A stretch of 63,687 nucleotides of DNA, counting the filler, from Nemertoderma westbladi (Eukaryota > Animalia > Xenacoelomorpha), in assembly GCA_032718475.1 (NCBI GenBank). It is 4 parts of 4 records of this genome, joined end to end, with 100 filler letters (N's around TTAATTAATTAA, not from the genome) between each part and the next. Parts side by side here need not be neighbours in the genome. Positions count along the whole stretch, not along the records: positions 20,407 to 38,991 come from JAUCBJ010002176.1; 3 more parts are not named here. The stretch is one strand, 5' to 3'. Under the pieces are notes generated by a model. It had not been told where the DNA came from, searched no databases, and saw only the letters and a list, made by a program, of their open reading frames with translations. Below, in pieces: positions 24,879-37,278 of this stretch. Within the stretch, counting starts at the first letter, position 1. Each line of letters begins with the position of its first letter. A program made the position numbers and the translations under genes.

Positions 24879-25599
24879 CCAAGACAATCTTATTATATAC
24901 TATATATTATTATAAACGTTAGAAACATACAGTGTCACGATGCTGCGATGACAGTATCATGATGCTGGAGTTCCTTTTCCCGCTTCTTGATACAGTAGCG
25001 GGAGAGTAATTATGCATTTCAAGTGCGTTCAGTGGGAGGAAGTCATCATACAACACCGATACTGATACTGACACCATACTGGTCAGGTCATACGATAACG
25101 AAGTAAAAATTCTTTATTATCCACACTAGATCTTATCCACACTTTAAATTTTTTTATTCATTTATTTATTTGGATGTTCAAGGTTATTTGGATGCAATAA
25201 AATCCTTTAAAATTAGAAGTCTAACACAACCTTCGTTCCAGATTTTTAACTGTGATGTTGCCGATGATATGCGGAGCTGAAACTTCGCAGAATTACTTTT
25301 AGGACTGCGATCAACTATTATTCACATTTTTTGTGGCTATTTTTGATAATGGTGAACCATTTTTTTGACTGTGACTGAGTGTTTTCACCGTTTTTATATG
25401 TTGTCACAAGTTCAACCTATCCCTAATTGGAAATAAACTACTACTCCATTAAAAAAAAACGAATAATTATATTCTATTTACTATACTAACAGTTTATCTT
25501 TACAGCAATAATCTTTTACAAGCAATATTTATAACAACAGTTTATCCACAATCGATATTAATCTGGTTGGATTTAAAACTAAGGTGGGAAATACATATT

Positions 25600-25833
25600 G
25601 AATGGGACAATCTTTTTAGCCTCGTTAAGCCAAGGAATGCCTGTTCACCACCATGGATGATCTTCCACAGTAAACCCTTCCAAGTAGCCTTGGTTCCAAT
25701 TTATCGACCACTGAAGGATGAAAACCAGGGTTGGGCGAGGCTGCAGCATTTAAAGCACTGTGCCCAAACAATGCTGCCCCACCTAGGGATCAAACCAAGT
25801 CTTCCTAATTGGAAGCCCATGAATGTCAATCTG
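25600..25833 (-). mobile_element. tRNA-derived SINE with a Meta-domain-like core
   Basis: The minus strand has a B-box-like GGTTTGATCCC followed by TTTTCATCCTTCAGTGGTCGATAAATTGGAACC, resembling the MetaSINE core as I recall it. Confidence 0.5.
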
Positions 25834-25890
25834 CTTCAGGGATAATGACTGTAGAAAGGGTATAATGCCACGGTTAACAAAAACAGTTTC

Positions 25891-25933
25891 TATTTATATG
25901 GCCATTTCATCCTCACGGACGTCTTCAGTAAAT
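25891..25933 (-). ncRNA. Minimal type I hammerhead ribozyme
   Basis: AUUUA-CUGAAGA-C-GUCC(GUGA)GGAU-GAAA-UGGCCA-UA^-UAAAU: conserved core, stem I, stem II with a GNRA loop, palindromic stem III and an AUA cleavage triplet. Confidence 0.8.
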
Positions 25934-26084
25934 CAATTAAAATAACATTAAAACACAATTTATAAACCTAAACCATAATATTAAATTTAACGTACGGTAC
26001 AACTAATTATTATGCCACCAAATTCCGATATAGACTTTATTTACTAAACTAAACTAACTTACGTTACTAAACTTACTTTAGATT

Positions 26085-26129
26085 TATTTACTGAAGACGT
26101 CCGTGGAGGATGAAATGGCCATATAAATA
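26085..26129 (+). ncRNA. Minimal type I hammerhead ribozyme
   Basis: UAUUUA-CUGAAGA-C-GUCC(GUGGA)GGAU-GAAA-UGGCCA-UA^-UAAAUA; predicted cleavage after 26123. Confidence 0.8.
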
Positions 26130-26415
26130 GAAACTGTTTTTGTTAACCGTGGCATTAGACCCTCCTACAATCATTATCCCTGAAGTTATAATTATGAATA
26201 CGCCACGAACGGCATCATTTCGACTTCTTTCCCATTTAAACCATGCTGCTGCAACACACATATTAATAATATACAGTAATTAAGAAAATCTCACAACCAA
26301 ATCTTTTACAAACTGCGCTATATTTTTATTTTACACATTCTCAGGTCACTCCCCTTCTCTGTAATTTACCTACTGTATGTATAGATAGGCCTACATAAAC
26401 TAAGGCATTAGTCTA

Positions 26416-27297
26416 TGGGGCAGCTGCGACCGAACCTCCGGCTCCAGCTCCGACCAATACTCAAACCTGTACGCATTAAAATTGATTGTTCTGAAAGAAG
26501 ACAATTAACGAAAGCTAACGAAAGATACCGAAAGTTATGCGAGTTATCGAAAAGGTTCAAGCAAAAGCAAAGCAAGTTCTACGTTTGTTCATTAAGGCCT
26601 AACCTGCATTCCGTTACTTGATTACCGGCATTTAGAGCAGGGGGCTACTGCGGTCCCTACCCTGTTACATCAGACCGCGACTACGTACCGTCTGCATAAT
26701 ACCAATTGGGGTGTCGGTTCAGCCTATTTTAATATATTAACTTAATTTCGCGAATATTTAATTTCGATATTCACCATTTAAGATACCTTTTAAAGGAAAG
26801 TAGCAGGTTATAATGGCAGGCTTTTCTAACCAAAATAATAAACTAAATTTAGGAACACAGTTTACAATATAATTTTTACTTCTACTGTAGGATCTAATTT
26901 TTCAATATTAATTTAACATTAACTCTATGAGAAGGCTGAAACGACACCCCAATTGGCTACTTGACCCCAGTATGCTACTGCAGTAGTCTAGCCTCTCACT
27001 GTTAGTACAGTACAACAATCCCTACTGCTGTACTGTATCAGTGATTGTATATTTCGCGAAGTTTTATTCGCAATTAAACGGCAATTATTCGAATTAGATA
27101 TCTTTTTTGTTTATGACTGGTATCGGACGCTGAAAGTGCGAAATGTGGCCCCTATCAGTAAATGGATAGCTTTCGCCCTTGCTCTTTAGCATTTTCGAAA
27201 ACTTTCCTACTGTATAACTTTCAGTACTGTAGCTTTCTGGAATTGTCGTCTTTCAGAACTATCCCATTAAAATTAATAAACTAATACGCTGCCCCAC
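26416..27297. mobile_element. Old foldback element with an inner inverted-repeat element (26702-26956)
   Basis: Outer pairs TGGGGCAGC/GCTGCCCCA and GTTCTGAAAGAAGACAATT/AATTGTCGTCTTTCAGAAC; inner pair CCAATTGGGGTGTCGGTTCAGCCT/AGGCTGAAACGACACCCCAATTGG. Confidence 0.65.
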
Positions 27298-27499
27298 ATT
27301 ACATTCTCCCACTAGCACTGTACAGTGTACACCGCGTTCGCGTTACCACTTTACAAAGAACTAAAAATTTTACCCCTTAACAAACTGTAGGATCTTATCG
27401 TCGCCAACTTTATATATCCTTACTGTACACTATACTGTAATAGATTTGCGTTCTGTATCTTTTTCTAGCCGCTTCTGTTTCTGGGCACAGAGTCAGGGT

Positions 27500-28300
27500 T
27501 ACGGAAGCCCATAACGGCCATGTCGCGTGCAAACTTCCATGTCAAGCGCGCAAACTCGTCATGGTAGTTTGCGCGCGCGACATGGAAGTTTGCGCGCGCG
27601 TCATGGAAGTTTGCGCGCGCGTCATGGAAGTTTGCGCGCGCGTCATGGTAGTTTGCGCGCGCGACATGGAAGTTTGCGCGCGCGACATGTTGAAGCCCAT
27701 AACGGCCAAGTCGCGCGCAAACTTAATGTAATTTTTTGAATTATGTCTGGGTGGGAAATTTGAATTTATGTGACCTACTGTTTGACTGTTCAGCTGTTAG
27801 TAATGCAGGAGGAATACAGTTCAGCAGATTGACTATCTGACATACTGACAGACTAGCAGTAGCTTAGCAGTGCTGCAGTGTAAGGTATTGTTGTACAGTC
27901 AGTGTGAGAGTAGCAGAGAGCCTATACGGCATACGGCTATAGCAGGCCTATTCCTGTTCAGGGGTTCGCATTACAGTCAAACAGTAGGACATCTAAATTC
28001 AAATTTCCCGCCCAGACAAAATTCAAAACGGAAATGACATGAAGTTTGCGCGCGACATGACCGTTATGTCCTTCCCCATATCGCGTGCGCAAACTTCCAT
28101 GTCGTGCGCGCAAACTTCCATGTCGTGCGCGCAAACTTCCATGTCGCGCGCGCAAACTTCCATGTCGCGCGCGCAAACTTCCATGTCGCGCGCGCAAACT
28201 TTCATGTCACGCGCGCAAATGTTTCTACACTGAAATGGCATAACGTTTGCGCGCTTGACATGGAAGTTTGCGCGCGACATGGCCGATATGGGCTTCCGTA
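27500..28300. mobile_element. Non-autonomous IS3EU-like DNA transposon with 21-bp subterminal repeats
   Basis: TIRs TACGGAAGCCCATA / TATGGGCTTCCGTA (TAY..RTA termini) and inverted arrays of CATGGAAGTTTGCGCGCGCGA. No TSD is visible. Confidence 0.75.
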
Positions 28301-28722
28301 GGATATGTGAATAAAATACTCACACACTGAAACCTGCAAGAATATTCTTGCCTCAAGTAGTCAACAAAGCATGAATCATATCGAACGCCGCAGAACGTAT
28401 GGAACATGCAAGAACTTCCAATCAGGGACCAATTTCCATGCCATCAACCTGTAACCAAATGGCTCCGGTAATTCAGCGTATGGGTGACGTAGGAGTGAAA
28501 GTAACTGATTGGACGGTGACTAACAAAGAAGAACGTAAACAAAGAGAATATCCAATGGCTAGTAATTTCATAATTTGAGCATTTGGGTTTCTGTGTGAAT
28601 GTAGGGGAAAGTGTTATAGTGAGAATAAACGCTGCAGGGAGTAAGTTTACGTCAGTTCATAAAATACAAAGTTCTTGAGAGTTTTTCAAGGGTTTTAGAG
28701 TAACCAGCGGTGTGTAAATAAT

Positions 28723-31700
28723 GCTTAAATAAATGCTTAATATACGTATAGGTTCCTACAACTGTCATGGTATCAAGTCCAGTATGGATGAGGTAGCTCA
28801 GCTTCTAACTGACCTTGATATACTCGCAGTGCAGGAACACTGGCTAGACGATTTGGAGGCCAAACTACTTTTGCCTAATTTAAATAATGAATTTATCTGC
28901 CTCTTCAGCATCGGATCACTAATGCAGAATCCCAATCGGGTACGTGGTTCAGGCGGTGTATGTTTATGGTTCAGGAGGGATCTATTTCATCACGTTAGTG
29001 CCATTTACAGCTCTGATGACATTATTGGTTTCGAGGCTTCCCCTAAATGTTCTGATGTGTTTGGCCCAAATATCATATTCATCAGTTGTTATGCTCCAGA
29101 TGCCTCCAAAGATGACAATTTATATGAGGACTTCCTTTCACGCCTTACGAACATAATCAACCTACACTCTTTCGCAATCCCGTTTATTCTAGGTGACACA
29201 AATTCAGATGTTGGCCGTTTGCAAGGACCCCGACACTGCAGGGACAACGCAACAAAGCGTGGAAAAAGGCTAAATACTTTTGCTCTGAACAATAACCTTG
29301 TCATCGCTGACACTCTTCCAAAGTTTTCAGGACCTTGTATTACTTACAGGGGTAATGGAACTTCATACATAGACCACCTTCTAATTAGTAAGCATACTTA
29401 CAATAATTTACTTGTTGGAGTGATACATGATCAGGACATGTATCTATTTTCAGATCATGTACCAATAACTGCTGTCTTTAGTTTTCCAACCACAACCTCA
29501 TCATCACCCAAAGTCGATGCACATAATATTAAGAAGACAAGGGTTTCACCTAAAGTAGCTTGGAACAGGGTACAAGAATATCATATCCTTAATTATGAGA
29601 AGGACATTCAGAATCAGCTGAATACATTATATGAATCTACCCGGGGACCAGCAATACACTGGACAGGCTTGGAGTTATATGAATTCGTTGTTCGATTTCA
29701 AGAAATAATTATAACTGCTGCCAATATCCACTTACCCAAGTGCCCTAAACGCAGTAAATTAAGTAGAAACTTACGGATTCGATCAGCTGTTTTGCATGAC
29801 AGATCAAAAACGTGCAGTAAGTTACACTGGTTATGGACCATGAATGGCAAGAAAGAAGACTGTAAGTTTGGAGCAGCATTTACAGAATCTCGACGATCAC
29901 TTAAACGCTTAAAGAACTGGCTTTCAAAGTCAATTGTCACCGATAATATTAAGAGGAGGGTGGGGAACATGAAGAGCAATCCACGTAATTTTTGGAATTT
30001 TTTCAAAGCCAAGTCTGTCCACACCCCGCCTGAGCTTGCTCAAGAAGCGATCCGTAAAGACCTCCACGATACCCACTTCAAGAACGATTTGTATGATCAG
30101 TCTAGAACCGAGTTTGTTCAGGAGTTGCATGATCGTTGCTCAACCACAACTGCTCCTGTAATATCTGCTCTCACTGTGAAAAGAGCTATGGCATCTCTCT
30201 CACGAGGTAAATCTCAAGATGCATTTTCATTAGTGGCAGAACACTTTCTTTGTTTAAACTCTGACTACACTTATCAGGCTCTCGCCGATATATTCAATGG
30301 CTGTTTTAGGTTAGGAGTGCCAGAACTCTTCGGGCACACTATTATCACCAGTCTTCACAAAGGAAAAGGTCGGGATCCTCTTCTGGCCAAGTCATATCGC
30401 CCTATTTCAACAGTCAGTTGCTTAGGAAAGATTTTTGAATCTGTGGTACTGGCCGAATTTTTATCAATACCTGAATTCATACCTGGCTCTCAATTCGCAT
30501 ACCAACGCAAGATTGGTTCGGACATAATAATTGGGTGTATCCTTGAATTCCTTGAAGCACAGCGATCGAGTGGTAAATCGGTTTTTCTATGCCAGATCGA
30601 CATCAAAGGGGCCTTTGATAATGTTGACCATATATTATTGTTCCGCAAGTTGTTACAAACACATTAATCCGCATATATGTTTTGCTCTATACACTTACTA
30701 TACATGCACAATGGCATTCCTGAAATTTGGCGACTACATTGATAGCGACGGGATACACCTAATCAAAGGAGTCAAACAAGGATCCTTATTATCACCCTTA
30801 TTATTTTTGTTGTATACTAAAGATGCGCTACACAATATGAATGATGATGGCGCTGGGTTCAATATAACTTTGATGTGGCTTGGTATCGTGGCTTATGCCG
30901 ACGATTTTCTTCTTTGCGCCGACACAGCTGCCAAACTTGAGACACTTGTTGCTCGCCTTATTGATGTACTAAATGATCTGAAACTTCATGTCGAACATAG
31001 CAAGACAAAATGGATCTGTCATCGTGGAATTGGGACTACCACTGCACCGATACCTTGCTTTATTAACGCAGGCGGTACTCTAATAAGCGAAAGTCCTACG
31101 TTTGTTTTCCTTGGATTCAATTTATTATCCGCACCCAACTCAAACCTCCATAAAGACTGTATCCAGACAATCTCGATACTCTCAGATATGTTCCATCGGA
31201 AAGGTTGGACAGTCCGCAACATCGACATTGATACTATTTCCTATCTGTGGCGAACTATTGCCGTCCCATCTATTTCGTATAGTCTGAAATTCAACATAGG
31301 GGCACTCAGTAAGGTTGCCATTGAGAAGGTTGATGTTCACTACCGCAAGGCATTGCGTGGTCTCCTGCATATTGGTTCCTACGTTGACAACAACATTGTA
31401 TACAACATTTTAGGCTGCCATCCCATATCCACAATAGCATATCAACTATGTGTTGGGACTATACTGAGGTCTCGTTATTGCCCTAATATAATTTTACAAG
31501 CTCTGCTGGGGGTTTGCTTAAATGATACAATGGCCGGTAACCGCCGCTATGTTGGTCTCGGCTCGACCTATGATGCGTGTAGATGTACTTTCCCACTGCC
31601 ACGTCTGTCATCATTACTGAGTTACAGCTACAGTATGCCGTTCATTGAAAGAGAGATTACAACCTGACCAACTCACATATCTAGAGACATTTCAACTCAA

Positions 31701-32296
31701 TTTTATTCGCAGCTGCTATTACTCATCCGGTACTTTCACTGATAAGCATGAACGTATCCTAAGTTTTTTCAACATTTCATAGTACAAACGGCAATGTTTT
31801 ATTTTTTTATGTACTCTCAGTGACAGCATACTCTTTTCCATACACTATATTGATTATAACATAATGTTGCCTTCATTGATTATATATTTATTTTACAATT
31901 GTGACAATTTCCTCTGCTCGATGTAATAATATCAATTTATAATATTGACTACATCCGCAACCACAGGGATGTACCGTTGTAATATTTAAAACTTGGATCA
32001 GATTTCAATCGTTAATTATATATTGTTATTTATTGTATTGCGTATTGCTCATTGTCCGGTAATGCTCTAAATCATTTGAACTATTCAGTACACAGTTTTT
32101 GCATGCAAAGTAATTGTGTCCACGAGTGGCGACTGACAACTAACTCCTTGTATTCTTCAGCCACCTCTATGATATTTTAATCACATACTTTATATTTTTA
32201 GCCAGCTGTTTTATTGTGCATTTGCGTGCATTTTTATTTACATTTACCCTGTATTGTCGCCTCGTGCGAATTAAATCAAATAATAATAATAATAAT
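28723..32296 (+). mobile_element. Non-LTR retrotransposon with near-complete APE endonuclease-RT ORF (clade uncertain, RTEX-like) and an (AAT)n tail
   Basis: Endonuclease motifs SYNCHG, VQEHWL, GDTN, YIDH, SDHVPI; RT motifs SYRPIS, QFAY, DIKGAFDNV, GVKQGSLLSP, YADD. The (AAT)n tail ends at 32296, and AATAAT also precedes the 5' end. Confidence 0.93.
28733..31667 (+). pseudogene. LINE ORF2 (endonuclease-reverse transcriptase) with one frameshift near 30660
   Basis: ORFs 28733-30667 and 30531-31667 join as LFRKLLQ/HINPHICFALY. Confidence 0.9.
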
Positions 32297-32639
32297 GGGG
32301 ACATTTTGGCCGCAAAAGCTTTAACAGGGCAAAGTAGCCCCATTTTACGTATGCAAAGATTCAGTTCATTCGTTTCTCACTACAGCACTACACTAAGAAA
32401 CTACCCTAGGCATACCCATCTGCCCTTCGTATACCAGTACCGGTAGGCCTATACCTGTATACCAGTACACTGTAACAGTAACTGGTCTGGTATTCCTACC
32501 CCACTGTGCACTGCCCCAGGTCGCAGGTACCGCAGTACCCAGGTAGGCCTACCGGTAGCTGTCAGAGTCAGTGTCAGGCAGTACACGCTGTACAGCTGTA
32601 GGCCTACCGTGTTATACAGTAACATATATTTAATTTGCC

Positions 32640-33158
32640 ATGTCTCAAGAGTGCACTATTGAAGCTCTAAAAAAAGCTTTGTCTTCGACCGGTGGAATAA
32701 TATTTGCAAGGGATGCTTACAACGAGGTATTCCATAATCTCTTTATAAGTGAGTTCTCTGTCGCCCAAAACCTGCCGCTTCTCCAACGTCTGGGAATCAC
32801 GCATGTAGTCAACACAGCGGGTGGTGACGTCAGCATAGGAGCTGGTCCTTATGAGGGAGTTGGTATAAAATATCACGAGATACCTGGCCACGACGCTCCA
32901 TGGTTCCAGATGATAGACCACATAGAAGGCGCTTCCCAATTCATCGACGCGGCATTTAATAGTCCAACCTCTAAGGTCTTAGTCCACTGTTTGATGGGGT
33001 TCAGTCGTGCGCCTACTGTTTGTGTAATGTTCCTTATGAAATACCGAAACTTGAGGGCAGTTGATGCCATAGCAACGATTAGGGCTAAACGCCCCATTGG
33101 CCCTAATGAGGGTTTTCTTAAACAAATCGCCTGTCTTGACATTCAACTATTCTCGTAA
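32640..33158 (+). CDS. Atypical dual-specificity protein phosphatase (DUSP3/13/26-like), intronless
   Basis: Catalytic loop VHCLMGFSRAPT (HCxxGxSR), LGITHVVN, general-acid Asp in GHDAP, RPIGPNEGFLKQ; 172 aa with no rhodanese domain. Confidence 0.95.
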   Translation: MSQECTIEALKKALSSTGGIIFARDAYNEVFHNLFISEFSVAQNLPLLQRLGITHVVNTAGGDVSIGAGPYEGVGIKYHEIPGHDAPWFQMIDHIEGASQFIDAAFNSPTSKVLVHCLMGFSRAPTVCVMFLMKYRNLRAVDAIATIRAKRPIGPNEGFLKQIACLDIQLFS

Positions 33159-34196
33159 TTTAATACTGTAATAGGCCTACCTACAGGTATGCTTAAATTT
33201 TTAGATAACTTATTTACAGTACTGCAGTATATAGGGAGGGTGTTTTGGGTGCCCTCATCCCAGAATACAACTTTACAGCTTTCTTAATTCTCAATTCGTT
33301 TTAATCATCTTTTTATTCAAAAGATAGTCTTAAGAGAACCATATAAAAAAAATACGATTTTGGTTAAACTGGCCGATCTGGGTTTAGGCTAAATATTAGG
33401 CCTAATCCAAAAAAGTTCTTTTTAACTTGAGAAATTGTATTTTCTTTTCTTAGCGCGGCGCCGTCATAGTCAGTGAGTTCACAGCGTCAGCGCAGCAGCT
33501 CTCGGTGTGAAAATGGACGCAAATAACTGCTGATTACTCCCAAATATAAAACTGTTCTATTGATGTCTGTATTGAGTTTCGTTGTATTGTTTTTGTTAGA
33601 ATAACGTGCCATCTTAAGATGCTCTTTTCAATAAAGTGATAATTTAACATTAAGACGTGATAATAATTCGTCGAGATGGGATTTGCGTTCAGTAACATAC
33701 AACAGGAAAATTTTCGATATAAATTTTTCTTAATAAATGAAATAAATTCTTAAGAAAATTTGAAGGTCTACATACTACACTATGGACTATCAGACTATAG
33801 CCAAGAAGCCAAGAGCTGTATTCCGGCAAACAAAAATGTTTGTTTAAGCACATAATTGTTATAGGGTTACCAGGTGCAATAAATTTGACTTGCGCTGTCA
33901 TGAATGGTTGGCGCGTTGCGGCAAAATACTTACAAATATAGGCTACCTAGAACTCATCTGTAAAGTTGTAGTCTACAGTCCCTATCTCATTCTAGATACC
34001 GTTTCTCAAACTGGGTACCTTTTCTCTTACCTCACTCTTACTAACTCAAACCTGTCTGGTTTACTCAAACCCAACTCAAACTCGCATAACCACCCACTGT
34101 GCACTGTGTAGCAGTTAGTTATTTACAATTATTGTTTAACCAGCCTCTTAAGTGTCATTAAACAGATTCTTCGCCAACTACGTGGCTCGCCCCTTT

Positions 34197-34432
34197 GGAA
34201 CTAAATTCGCTTCCATTGGAACTAAATTCACATCCATTGGAGCTAAATTCGCATCCATTGGAACTAAATTCGCCTCCATTTGAACTAAATTCGTTTGTTT
34301 TCGTTTTTCTCTAGTTATTGGAACTAAGTTCGCCTAAATTGGAACTAAATTCGCCAAAATTGGAACTAAATTCGTTTCCATTGGAACTAAATTCGCATGA
34401 GGCTTATATTGGAACTAAGTACGGGGAATCCG
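34197..34432 (+). repeat. About 21-bp tandem repeat GGAACTAAATTCGC(T/A)TCCATT, probably a transposon subterminal array
   Basis: About nine units ending in ...ACGGGGAATCC. Confidence 0.8.
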
Positions 34433-36135
34433 AGGTCCCATATGCACTAATAATTCTTATTTAACCATTAGATTTTTAAACTGACATGTCTTGTAAGGCA
34501 CCAATTGACATCAAACAGACAGACAACAAAGCACCAATTTCCCTCAACAATATTCCCAGAATTAAAACTCCTCTACAAACAGACCGAGCCAGTGTGGTTT
34601 AGTTAACAACATATATTTAGTAGAGCCCACAAAGGAATGTCTTTTATGAGACACACGCAAGCCGGCCTGCCCAGCTTATGTAATTCAACCCATTAACTCA
34701 AGAGCCCAAGCAACAGACAGAGGCCCCTTCCCCATGTGGTGCCTCACTCAACCAGAGTAATTATCCATCCCATACGGAAGAGTAATGCTGAGTATGGCAC
34801 AGTTGGAAGTCAACCTAACTCAAACCATGGCGCCAGACTCTAGTTTGAGTTAGATTGAGCTGGCTGCATCTATCTGATTTCTCAACTCTTACCCCAGTCT
34901 TACCTACTGAAATTCTCCCTTGACTATCATTAGTAAAAGGTTTGAGAAATGATACCCAGTTTGAGAAATAATATTCAGAATGAGATAGGGTCTGTACTGT
35001 GCTGTACTGTATTTTTGTATCAATTTTTGTCGTTGAACGTTGGAGATTTTGTGCCAGAATCGCCATTATTAGCACCATTATTTTTTAGTTCACAACAAAA
35101 CACTCGGAACTACTGTAGGCCTATATTCATATTATTATTTTTAAGATTATTGTTTTAAGTTGAGAATTGCTGTCAGAGACGCTAAATTTTCTTTGCTTGA
35201 GGTACGGTAGTATCTGAAAATTTGGTGAACATAAATAAATTTTCCTTGGTGGCGGTGCTCAGGTATGGATTTTATTCCTGTTTCAGGGGTTTTCTGTTAC
35301 CCCAATATGGAAGGACTGTCTCAATATTTTTGGTCGTTTCCTTCCGCTTTAAGGATTTTCCAAGGCCCTGATTCGAATAATATAACTTTTAGAACTTGAA
35401 TACAAAGTGACCTAATTTTATGGGACCAAAAATGGTATATTGGCCATCGCTCATATGAAGTAATAACCCGATATGAAACCCATATCATTATTTTATATCA
35501 TATCATATCATCATATCTAACAATATCATCGTTTTTAGGATTTGAATGTGATTTGTTAATATTTGTTACGGCACATACAACGTAAACAAGTCACTTTATT
35601 TGGTGCCCTGAATTCAATTCCGTGAAATAATAGTTGTTATGGGGTTAAATTTGTCATTACTAGTGTTGTTAAAATATAATTACCCTTAATGAATTTAATT
35701 TATTTAGTTTAAATTTGCACAATTTATAGAGATTTACGTAATAAATATTATAACAATAACTATTGCCTTTCGTTTTATCATTCTATTAAGGTGTTCAGTA
35801 TGAAATTATATAATGAGAACCACATATAAGTGGGTAGGGGGCTTTGGCTAGTGTTTTGCATAGAAAATTTGCAATGAATTATCTTTAGAACAAAAAAAAT
35901 TAGCCAATAGCAATAAATAAAAAAAAGCATTAAATATTTATTGGTGTAAACACTTTTAGAACATGCTATTAGATATTGTATCGTAGCGATATTGTATATA
36001 GAGATATTGTAACGGAGGTTAATAAACAGTCGAGATTTTATTTATTTATAACAATAACCAATTGGAAATTCATAGCAAATACACTGCAGATGCACTTCAG
36101 TTGAAAATATGGTTTTTTAGATTTTTTAAATATTG

Positions 36136-36205
36136 TTCCACCTTACGTACTGTAGTGGTTGCCTTGCATTCACATTTCTTCGAAGGTTGTGGGTTCGATC
36201 CCTGC
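36136..36205 (+). mobile_element. tRNA-derived SINE head fragment
   Basis: B-box GGTTCGATCCC; similar to the copies at 4136 and 40998. Confidence 0.55.
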
Positions 36206-36391
36206 TTAGTGTTTTATCCCCCGCCAAATAACCGAAGCGAACTTTGACTTTTTTTGTTGGTGGTCTCGGCCACAGAAAGTGAATCTGACTATAAAACAAA
36301 GATTTTTAAAAGCTAAGAAATTATGGGCAAAAAACGTAAAATTTCAGTCAAAGTCTAATTTCCCTGGTGTAGTAGTTGGATTTATTTTCCA

Positions 36392-36857
36392 AACTCTACA
36401 ATTTTGTGTCGAGTTTGAACTTTTGAACTCCGATCGCGAAGCCAGTAAATAATTCCAAACTCTACAATTCCCTGTGTTCTGATTGGATAATATCATAATT
36501 CGTTGTTAAATAATCACTACTACTACAGTGATAATTTGTAGAGTCTGGCAATTAAGAAGGTCCAGTCTTCTAATCTGCTCAACTGCACAATGTAGAGTTT
36601 GAACATGAATATGGTTGAGTTTGGATCAATAATTTGCATTTTCCAAACTCTACCAAATCCAAACTCTACATTGCTTATGTCAAACACAAACACTCACATT
36701 TTATCTCATAGAACTAATTTGAATAACCACTAATCGGTAAAGACTTATTTTTCTGGAAGACAAAGTAAATGATTATGTGCGACTTGCATCATTACAATAT
36801 AAAGACGGCATTGGCAAATTTTTGGCAGAACTTGAAAGTTACAATCCAAACTCTACA
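36392..36857. repeat. Cluster of dispersed CCAAACTCTACA motifs in both orientations, a likely DNA transposon remnant
   Basis: Copies near 36392, 36455, 36538, 36591, 36643, 36659 and 36846. Confidence 0.6.
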
Positions 36858-37278
36858 TTTTTATCTCAAAATAATATATTTAACAATTTTGACGCTCGCA
36901 TGAGTTTCCAGCCAACTGAGTGATATAGATAAGCAGTGATGTATTACAGCAACTGTATGTATCTTTACAGTCTAGTTGTAGTATAATTATCGATTTTTTC
37001 GACATGCAGTTTTAAACGTGAACCCAAATCCACCAGAGGCCTAACTTATGTCGTTAATATAGTTGAAAGACAAGCCACCTTTCCTATTTCAGAAATCATA
37101 TTGCTTCTCCGCATTGTAAGTGTAGATCACCTTGCACACTGGGTCAGGGCCGGCGTTAGGGTCTGAGCCCAGCCCCCCCCCCCCCCCCCCCCCCCCCGAA
37201 ATAAAAAGTATGAGGCCTCCGAAGTAAACAAAATTGGTCCCTTGAAAGAGATTATTGAAAGGATAAATATTCTGAAAC

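Larger units (their letters stand above)
25834..26185. mobile_element. Inverted pseudo-LTR pair of a Penelope-like element
   Basis: About 100-bp arms (25834-25933 and 26085-26185) around an AT-rich spacer; each arm carries a hammerhead ribozyme motif. Confidence 0.75.

Noticed and set aside
22957-24962. Three 584-652-aa ORFs as genes
   Set aside because: They are translations of a stop-free 17-bp repeat in all three frames.
27527-28301. RARHGSL and related repeat ORFs
   Set aside because: Translations of the 21-bp subterminal repeats of a MITE.
29089-33142. Antisense and alternate-frame ORFs over the LINE and DUSP
   Set aside because: Shadows of real coding sequence with no independent support.
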